Positions 1 to 5,096 of a DNA stretch of 6,767 nt are shown piece by piece. A model generated the notes under the pieces. The model saw only the letters and a list, made by a program, of their open reading frames with translations, was not told the origin of the DNA and did not search any database. Every line of letters begins with the position of its first letter. Within the stretch, counting starts at the first letter, position 1. The translations under genes and the position numbers were made by a program. This DNA comes from Candidatus Iainarchaeum sp. (GTDB lineage Archaea > Iainarchaeota > Iainarchaeia > Iainarchaeales > CSSED10-239): NCBI GenBank assembly GCA_028693335.1, contig JAQUVR010000031.1:1-6767 (forward strand). The letters are read 5' to 3'.

Positions 1-25
1 CAAATTTTATTTAAAAATAAAAAAT

Positions 26-31
26 AGGTGA
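26..31 (+). promoter_or_regulatory. Shine-Dalgarno (AGGTGA) for psmA
   Basis: AGGTGA lies 6 nt upstream of the TTG start at 38 and is complementary to the conserved archaeal 16S 3' tail (…GAUCACCUCC). Confidence 0.65.
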
Positions 32-37
32 AATAAT

Positions 38-754
38 TTGATACCAATTTCTGGAAATGCAGCAGCATATGATAGATCAATTACAGTTTTTAGTCCTGAA
101 GGACATCTTTACCAAGTAGATTACGCATCAAAAATAATTGAAAAAGGATCTCCAGCAGTAGCAATTATCTACAAATCCGGAATAATTATTGCTGCAGATA
201 AAAAAATATTATCTCCTTTAGTAATACCAGAATCTGTTGAAAAAGTATTTAAACTTGATCAAAAAATATGGACTGCTTGTGCTGGATTAATAGGCGATGG
301 AAGAAGATTGGTTGATTTTGCAAGACAAATAGCACAAGAGAATAGAACCTATTATGATGAAGCAATAGAAGTTGAAACATTAGTAAAAAAAATAGCATCA
401 ATTATACAATATTTTACACAATATGGTGGAGGAAGACCATTTGGTGTTTCTTTAATAATTGCTGGTGTTGATTCTTTAGGCAAACATATATTTGAAGCAG
501 AACCAAGCGGAGCAATAACTGCATATAAGGCTTTAGCTATTGGCCAAAATAGACAAAAATTAATGGATTTTTTAGAAAAACAATATAAAGAAACTTTGTC
601 TGCAGAAGATGCTATTGAGTTGTCATTAAAAGCATTGTCTTTAAATCTAGAACCAAAACAAAAATTAAATTCAAAAAGTATAGAAGTAATTAATATTACA
701 GAAAATAATAGTGAACATGTAATATCATTAGAAAAATATTCAAAATATTTTTAA
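38..754 (+). CDS. psmA: Proteasome (20S) alpha subunit
   Basis: The N-terminus AAAYDRSITVFSPEGHLYQVDYA matches the alpha-subunit signature (YDRxxTxFSPxGRLxQVEYA). Length (238 aa) is typical. An in-frame TGA at 29-31 and the lack of any ATG/GTG before the conserved YDR motif force the TTG start at 38. A GGTGA Shine-Dalgarno lies at 27-31. The gene is first in the canonical exosome superoperon order. Confidence 0.95.
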   Translation: MIPISGNAAAYDRSITVFSPEGHLYQVDYASKIIEKGSPAVAIIYKSGIIIAADKKILSPLVIPESVEKVFKLDQKIWTACAGLIGDGRRLVDFARQIAQENRTYYDEAIEVETLVKKIASIIQYFTQYGGGRPFGVSLIIAGVDSLGKHIFEAEPSGAITAYKALAIGQNRQKLMDFLEKQYKETLSAEDAIELSLKALSLNLEPKQKLNSKSIEVINITENNSEHVISLEKYSKYF

Positions 755-764
755 ATATAAAAAA

Positions 765-771
765 AGGTGAT
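765..771 (+). promoter_or_regulatory. Shine-Dalgarno (AGGTGAT) for the SBDS gene
   Basis: AGGTGAT ends 4 nt upstream of the ATG at 776. It overlaps the alternative GTG at 767, which argues against that start. Confidence 0.65.
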
Positions 772-775
772 AAAA

Positions 776-1471
776 ATGGTAAAATTAGATGATTGTGTTT
801 TAGCAAAATTATCAAAAAACGGACACCATTTTGAAATATTTGTTGAACCATATTTAGCATGGGATTATAAACACGGAAAAGAAATAAATTTTGATAATTT
901 ATTTGGAATGGAAGAAGTGTATTCAGATTCTGCAAAAGGAAAAGCCGCAAGTCAAGATGTATTAAAACAAGTTTTTGGAACAGATGTTTTTGTAGAAATT
1001 GCAAAAAAAATAATTCTTGATGGAGAAGTACAATTAACAACAGCTCAAAGAAACCAAATGCTTGAAAAAAGAAAAAGTGATATAATTAATTTTATTGCGC
1101 AAAATGCAAATGATCCAAAAGAACTTACACCAATACCACCTCAAAGAATTATTAATGCTTTAGAAGAAGCAAAATACAAATTTAATTTATCAAGAAGAAG
1201 AGATGATGAAATCAATGAGGTATTGACAATATTGAAAAAAGCAATGCCAATTTCTTTAGAAAAATTAGTTATCTCTATTGAGGTTACTGCAAATTATTCT
1301 GGAAAAATTATGCCAATTTTACATAAGTATGACATACTTGAGGAAAGATGGTTGCCTAATGGATCTTTATTTGCAAAGGTTTCTATTCCAGCAGGTCTAA
1401 AGAATAATTTAATTTCTGATTTTAATAATATTACAAAAGGATCAGTAACAATAAATGTTTTAAAAGAATAA
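776..1471 (+). CDS. SBDS (Shwachman-Bodian-Diamond) family ribosome maturation protein
   Basis: The sequence AKLSKNGHHFEIFVEP...DSAKGKAASQDVLKQVFGTD...IAKKIILDGEVQLTTAQR fits the SBDS N-terminal (FYSH) and central domains. Position directly after psmA is canonical. The track start (GTG 767) lies inside the AGGTGAT SD (765-771), so the in-frame ATG at 776 is the more likely start. Confidence 0.9.
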   Translation: MVKLDDCVLAKLSKNGHHFEIFVEPYLAWDYKHGKEINFDNLFGMEEVYSDSAKGKAASQDVLKQVFGTDVFVEIAKKIILDGEVQLTTAQRNQMLEKRKSDIINFIAQNANDPKELTPIPPQRIINALEEAKYKFNLSRRRDDEINEVLTILKKAMPISLEKLVISIEVTANYSGKIMPILHKYDILEERWLPNGSLFAKVSIPAGLKNNLISDFNNITKGSVTINVLKE

Positions 1472-1486
1472 AAGAGTGAGTAAACT

Positions 1487-2101
1487 ATGAACACAACTAA
1501 AAGAATTGTAACACCAGGTGAATTGATAACAGATAAAAGAAAAAAACTTGGCGATCACATATATATAAGAGAAAATAAAATCTATAGTGGTGTTTTGGGA
1601 ATATTAAATGAAACTGACGATTATGTTTCAGTTGTTGCATTAAATGGACCATATCTTCCAAGAATAGGAGATGGAATTATTGGGGTTGTAAAAAATGTGA
1701 CACAAGTTGGTTATGTTATAGATATTAAAACTAACCAAGATTGTTTTTTCCCAAAATCATTACTAACAAAAGAACTTGTAAAGGGACAAGTTCTTTTTGC
1801 AAGAATTAAATCTGCAGATGATTCTGTGGATTTAGAGAATATAAACATACTTCCAAAAGGTAATTTATTATCAGTATCATCAGTAAAGGTTCCAAGAATT
1901 ATTGGAAAAAATGAATCTATGTTAAATATTTTAAAAAACAATACAGATTCAAATATACTTGTTGGTAAAAATGGGTGGATTTGGTATGTTTCTAAAAATC
2001 CGGCTTTGTTAGAGAACGCTATTAATTTAATTATAAATAATTCTCAAAAATCAAATTTAACAAATACCATAGAAGAGTATTTAAAAAAAATCAAAGGTTG
2101 A
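1487..2101 (+). CDS. rrp4: Exosome cap subunit Rrp4 (N-terminal domain + S1 + KH)
   Basis: VTPGELI...YIPRIGDGIIGVVKNV..GYVIDI is an S1-type segment. IIGKNESMLNILKNNTDSNILVGKNGWIW is the Rrp4 KH segment (GxxG-like motif plus VGxNGxIW). There is no Zn ribbon, so this is not Csl4. The gene sits immediately upstream of rrp41/rrp42. Confidence 0.87.
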   Translation: MNTTKRIVTPGELITDKRKKLGDHIYIRENKIYSGVLGILNETDDYVSVVALNGPYLPRIGDGIIGVVKNVTQVGYVIDIKTNQDCFFPKSLLTKELVKGQVLFARIKSADDSVDLENINILPKGNLLSVSSVKVPRIIGKNESMLNILKNNTDSNILVGKNGWIWYVSKNPALLENAINLIINNSQKSNLTNTIEEYLKKIKG

Positions 2102-2107
2102 TAAAAA

Positions 2108-2812
2108 ATGACTACAAGATTAGATAATAGAAAAGTAGATGAACTTAGAAAAATAAAAATAGAACTTGGCGTTTCAAAAAATGCAGAAGGTTCCTGTTAT
2201 TTAGAATGGGGGAAAAATATTGTAATTGCAACTGTTAATGGCCCAAAACCAGTTTTTCCAAGACATTTAGCAGATCCACAAAAAGCAGTTGTTGATTACA
2301 AATATAGAATGGCTTGTTTTTCTGTTAGTGAAAGAAAATCACCAGTTCCTGGAAAAAGAGATAAAGAAATTTCTTTAGTTTCTGGGAATGCTTTAGAATC
2401 TGCAATAATGGTTGAACAATTTCCAAATACATTAATAGATGTAAATGTATTAATATTGTCTGCTGATGCAGGAACAAGAGTTGCAGCATTAACTGCAGCA
2501 AGTTTAGCAGCTGCAGATGCTGGTCTTCCAATGAGAGGAATGATTAGTGCAGTTGCAGCAGGAAGAGCTAATGAACAATTAGTATTAGATCTAACAAAAG
2601 ACGAAGAAGATACTGCTGATGCTGTTGATATGGCATGTGCATTTTTAATGCCACAAAAAGAAATTGTTTTACTACAAATGGATGGATTCGTAAAAAAAGA
2701 AGATTGTAGTAAAATTTTAGAAAATGCATTAATTGGTGCTGAAAAAATATATGACATTCAAAAAAAAGCACTATTAGAAAAATATCCATTAGAAGGTGAA
2801 ATCCAATTATGA
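2108..2812 (+). CDS. rrp41: Exosome catalytic ring subunit Rrp41 (RNase PH domain)
   Basis: RLDNRKVDELRKIKIELGVSKNAEGSCYLEWGKNIVIATVNGP is the RNase PH N-terminal pattern. The phosphate-binding DAGTR motif is present, and an acidic segment (DLTKDEEDTADAVDM) sits where the catalytic Asp lies in characterised Rrp41. The stop overlaps the rrp42 start. Confidence 0.93.
   Translation: MTTRLDNRKVDELRKIKIELGVSKNAEGSCYLEWGKNIVIATVNGPKPVFPRHLADPQKAVVDYKYRMACFSVSERKSPVPGKRDKEISLVSGNALESAIMVEQFPNTLIDVNVLILSADAGTRVAALTAASLAAADAGLPMRGMISAVAAGRANEQLVLDLTKDEEDTADAVDMACAFLMPQKEIVLLQMDGFVKKEDCSKILENALIGAEKIYDIQKKALLEKYPLEGEIQL
2794..2799 (+). promoter_or_regulatory. Shine-Dalgarno (AGGTGA) for rrp42, embedded in the rrp41 3' end
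   Basis: AGGTGA ends 9 nt upstream of the ATG at 2809. Confidence 0.6.
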
Positions 2813-3606
2813 GTAACGATACATTAAAAATAATAAATGCAGAAAAAGCAAAAACCTATATTGCTCAAAAAAAAAGAGAAGATGGTAGAGATTTTTTAGA
2901 TCATAGGCCAATAGATGTAAAAGTTAATGTTATTAACTCAGCAGATGGTTCTGCTTGGGTAAAAATAGGAAACACAGAAATAATTGCAGGAATAAAGTTT
3001 GGAATTTCTACGCCATACCCTGATAGCCCAAACCAAGGATCTATGGTTTTTAATTTAGAGGTTACAAACATAGCATCTCCAGATGTAGAAACAGGTCCGC
3101 CATCTATTGAAGCTATGGAGTTTGGAAGAATAGCTGATAGAGTTATTAGATCTGCAGAATTTATGGATTTTGATAAATTGTGTGTTGTTCCTGGAGAAAA
3201 AGTTTTAACTGTTTTTGTAGATTGTTATGCAATTAATGCTGATGGTAATTTAATTGATGCAGCTCAATTTGCTGCATTATCTGCAATCCTTAATTGTAAA
3301 ATGCCAAAGCTTGATGAAAATAACAATATTATTTATAAAGAATATACAGATCAATTACTTCCAGTAAATAAAAAGAATTTGCCATTATCTTTTACTTTTT
3401 ATAAAGTAGATGGGCAATTACTTTTAGATGCAACAGATGGAGAAGAATACGCAGCAAATGCAAGATTTACATTAGGAATATGTAATGATGTTGTTGTTGC
3501 TTATCACAAGGGCGGAGATTCTGGAACATTTACTATTGATGAAATAAATACTATGATGGATATTGCATCCTCAAAATACAATGAAATTAAAAAAAAATTA
3601 TTATAA
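2809..3606 (+). CDS. rrp42: Exosome ring subunit Rrp42 (RNase PH-like, non-catalytic)
   Basis: REDGRDFLDHRPIDVKVNVINSADGSAWVKIGNTEIIAGIK...GPPSIEAMEFGRIADRVIRS...INADGNLIDAAQFAALSAIL matches the Rrp42 pattern. There is an ATGA start/stop overlap with rrp41 (2809-2812) and an AGGTGA SD at 2794-2799. Confidence 0.92.
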   Translation: MSNDTLKIINAEKAKTYIAQKKREDGRDFLDHRPIDVKVNVINSADGSAWVKIGNTEIIAGIKFGISTPYPDSPNQGSMVFNLEVTNIASPDVETGPPSIEAMEFGRIADRVIRSAEFMDFDKLCVVPGEKVLTVFVDCYAINADGNLIDAAQFAALSAILNCKMPKLDENNNIIYKEYTDQLLPVNKKNLPLSFTFYKVDGQLLLDATDGEEYAANARFTLGICNDVVVAYHKGGDSGTFTIDEINTMMDIASSKYNEIKKKLL

Positions 3607-3644
3607 AAAATGGAGAAAATTGTTAAGATAAAAAGTGATTTTTT

Positions 3645-3866
3645 ATGACAACAAAAAAAGTAAAAAAAACCGGAAAATATGGTGTTAGAGGCGGAGTTGG
3701 AATTAGAAAGAAGTTTCTATTAGCAACACAAGATAAAGCACAAAAAGTTTGTCCTAATTGTGGAACAAAAGATAAAATTAAAAGAGTAGCAACAGGAATT
3801 TATAAGTGTACAAAATGCGAAGTAAAAATCGGTGGCGGCGCTTATAAGTTTAAACAAAGTAAATAA
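3645..3866 (+). CDS. rpl37ae: Large-subunit ribosomal protein L37Ae (eL43)
   Basis: KKTGKYGVRGGVGIRKK...CPNCG...YKCTKCEVKIGGGAY shows the four-Cys zinc ribbon and flanking basic region typical of eL43. Size (73 aa) fits. It holds the canonical position after rrp42. A GTGAT SD core lies at 3635-3639. Confidence 0.93.
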   Translation: MTTKKVKKTGKYGVRGGVGIRKKFLLATQDKAQKVCPNCGTKDKIKRVATGIYKCTKCEVKIGGGAYKFKQSK

Positions 3867-3880
3867 AGATGTGATAACAT

Positions 3881-4009
3881 ATGTATTATTGCGGAAAATG
3901 TAAACAAGAATATGATGAGTTTCCAGATAGTAAGAAATGTAAAGTTTGTGCAGGAAGAATCTTTTATAAAAAAAGATTACCAATAGTAAAAAAAATAAAA
4001 GCACAATAA
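3881..4009 (+). CDS. rpoP: DNA-directed RNA polymerase subunit P (Rpo12/RPABC4 homologue), 42 aa
   Basis: This ORF is not in the supplied track; I translated it by hand as MYYCGKCKQEYDEFPDSKKCKVCAGRIFYKKRLPIVKKIKAQ*. The CxxC-12-CxxC zinc ribbon followed by GxRI(F/L)xKxR is the RpoP signature. A GTGAT SD core at 3871-3875 lies 5 nt upstream of the ATG. It holds the canonical superoperon position between L37Ae and Brix. Confidence 0.85.
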   Translation: MYYCGKCKQEYDEFPDSKKCKVCAGRIFYKKRLPIVKKIKAQ

Positions 4010-4032
4010 TTGAAATTTTGAATTTGAAAAAA

Positions 4033-4482
4033 ATGTTTATAACAACTTCAAGAAATGCAGATAATTTTGAGAAGAAAATAGCAAAATATTTTTCAATTTA
4101 TTTGCCAGATGTTCAATTGATTCCAAGAGGAAAAACAGCAATAAGCAAACTTTTCTTGAAAAGTAATTTTTTAGGTTATAAATATTTTCTTAAGGTTTCA
4201 AAATTCAAAAATTTTTTTAAATTGGAGATTTATAAATTAAAAGATGATCAGTATTTTTTAGATAAAGAATATGTCTTTGAAACAATTGATCTAAATCACA
4301 AAATACCATTAAAAGAAATAAAAAAGATAAATTTTACTTTTGTGGATAAAACAATTTTTTTTTATTTTTTAGATCTTGAAGAGGTCGATGATTATAATTA
4401 TTGTTCAATACTTCAAAATGGAAAAATCATATTTTGTTTGGATAATAAAGAATTGGGATTTGGTTTTAAAATAATAAATTAG
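4033..4482 (+). CDS. Brix-domain (Imp4-like) ribosome biogenesis protein
   Basis: MFITTSRNA....(28 aa)...PRGK reproduces the archaeal Brix N-terminal pattern (M-x-x-TTSR ... RGK). Size is about 150 aa, and the C-terminal GFGFKII resembles the family's C-terminal strand. It holds the canonical position after rpoP. The track start TTG 4018 is possible, but the in-frame ATG at 4033 yields the family-typical N-terminus. Confidence 0.8.
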   Translation: MFITTSRNADNFEKKIAKYFSIYLPDVQLIPRGKTAISKLFLKSNFLGYKYFLKVSKFKNFFKLEIYKLKDDQYFLDKEYVFETIDLNHKIPLKEIKKINFTFVDKTIFFYFLDLEEVDDYNYCSILQNGKIIFCLDNKELGFGFKIIN

Positions 4483-4508
4483 AAAGAATATTTTTTGGGT
4501 TATAAAAA

Positions 4509-4754
4509 ATGATGGATAATATTTTGTCTTCAGAAATAAAGATAAGAACAAAAAAACCAAAAGTATTAAAAGAAATATTAGAACTTGAAACTAAAAGAAA
4601 AAAATATGATAGATCTGATTCAAATATAAAAATTGAAAAAGATGCTATTGTTATTGAGATTTTTGCAAAAGATATTATAGCATATAAAGCAACTGTTAAT
4701 CAATATATAAATTTATTAGAACTAATAAAAAAAACTTATGAGGTGGATTTATGA
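4509..4754 (+). CDS. pcc1: KEOPS complex subunit Pcc1-like protein
   Basis: The 81-aa sequence shows SEIKIRTKKPKVLKEI...IKIEKDAIVIEIFAKDIIAYKATVNQYINLLELIKKTYEV. This matches the Pcc1 pattern: beta-strand, helix, strand-strand I.I.A.D..A.R.T.NSYLR, then a C-terminal helix. Its location between Brix and prefoldin beta matches other archaeal superoperons. Confidence 0.75.
   Translation: MMDNILSSEIKIRTKKPKVLKEILELETKRKKYDRSDSNIKIEKDAIVIEIFAKDIIAYKATVNQYINLLELIKKTYEVDL
4740..4747 (+). promoter_or_regulatory. Shine-Dalgarno (GAGGTGGA) for pfdB, embedded in the pcc1 3' end
   Basis: The GAGGTG core ends 5 nt upstream of the ATG at 4751. Confidence 0.65.
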
Positions 4755-5095
4755 CAACAAATAATGAAAATGTAGCAAATGTAAATAAATATAGGCAACA
4801 ATTAATGTTCCTTTCCAATCAAAAACAACAATTACAATTTCAACTAAATGTTTTGGATGGTACATTAAAGGAATTAGAAAAAACGGCTGAGAAAAAAGTC
4901 TATAAGGGTGTAGGAAACATCTTTATTTTAAAGGATAAAGAAGAAGTAATAAAAGAAACTAAAGATCTTAAAGAAACTTTAGATCTAAGAATGAAAACAT
5001 TACAAAAACAAGAAGAAGAAACACTAAAAAAGATAAACTCATTTACAAAAGCTCCAGAAAAAGACGCTGGAGATTCTCAAGATGGTGTTGTTTAA
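4751..5095 (+). CDS. pfdB: Prefoldin beta subunit
   Basis: Coiled-coil N and C arms flank a central hairpin VYKGVGNIFILKDKEEVIKETKDLKETLDLRMKTLQKQEE, which is the prefoldin beta pattern (vYK.vG.vlvk.dkee). Size is 114 aa. There is an ATGA overlap with pcc1 (4751-4754) and a GAGGTGGA SD at 4740-4747. Confidence 0.87.
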   Translation: MTTNNENVANVNKYRQQLMFLSNQKQQLQFQLNVLDGTLKELEKTAEKKVYKGVGNIFILKDKEEVIKETKDLKETLDLRMKTLQKQEEETLKKINSFTKAPEKDAGDSQDGVV

Positions 5096-5096
5096 A

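Noticed and set aside
1-37. TATA-like A/T stretches (e.g. TTTATTTAAAAATA at 6-19) as the psmA promoter; also TTATAAAAAA at 3601-3610 upstream of rpl37ae and A/T boxes in 5520-5595 for the - strand gene
   Set aside because: TATA-like strings are everywhere in DNA this AT-rich. The spacing to the SD-led starts is ambiguous, and the real operon promoter may lie upstream of the window. The sequence alone cannot support these calls.
354-360. C-box-like ATGATGA motifs (also at 1203-1209, 3912-3918 and 6210-6216), considered as possible C/D box sRNAs
   Set aside because: All lie inside coding sequence, and none has a CTGA D box within about 50-80 nt downstream on the + strand. I did not check the - strand exhaustively.
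696-1040. 114-aa ORF on the - strand overlapping the psmA end and the SBDS gene
   Set aside because: It is antisense to two confidently identified genes. The product is a low-complexity Leu/Phe/Ile/Gln-rich sequence typical of shadow ORFs in AT-rich DNA, with no recognisable motif.
1294-1494. 66-aa ORF on the - strand
   Set aside because: It is an antisense shadow of the SBDS 3' end and the rrp4 start, with no motif and no SD.
1711-1941. 76-aa ORF on the - strand
   Set aside because: It is an antisense shadow inside rrp4, with no recognisable domain.
2460-2600. Locally GC-richer stretch with repeated GCAGC/CTGCAG motifs, considered as a possible embedded structured RNA or foreign insert
   Set aside because: It translates in frame as the conserved Ala/Gly-rich Rrp41 core (SADAGTRVAALTAASLAAADAGLPMRG). 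The composition is explained by protein constraint.
2296-2789. Three - strand ORFs (153, 68 and 73 aa) opposite rrp41
   Set aside because: They are antisense to the most conserved gene in the window. The 153-aa one is Ala/Ser-rich only because it mirrors the GCA/GCT-rich Ala codons of the Rrp41 core. Three mutually overlapping frames cannot all be real.
3610-3648. 12-codon mini-ORF (MEKIVKIKSDFL) whose TGA overlaps the rpl37ae ATG in an ATGA arrangement, a possible leader peptide
   Set aside because: It has no SD. Short ORFs like this are expected by chance in AT-rich spacers, and nothing in the peptide suggests a regulatory leader. It would only be worth revisiting if conserved in related genomes.
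3720-4004. 94-aa ORF on the - strand spanning the rpl37ae 3' end and the following region
   Set aside because: It is antisense to eL43 and to the hand-identified rpoP. The sequence is Phe/Leu/Ile/Cys-rich low complexity, and the + strand frame carries a clean RpoP zinc-ribbon signature.
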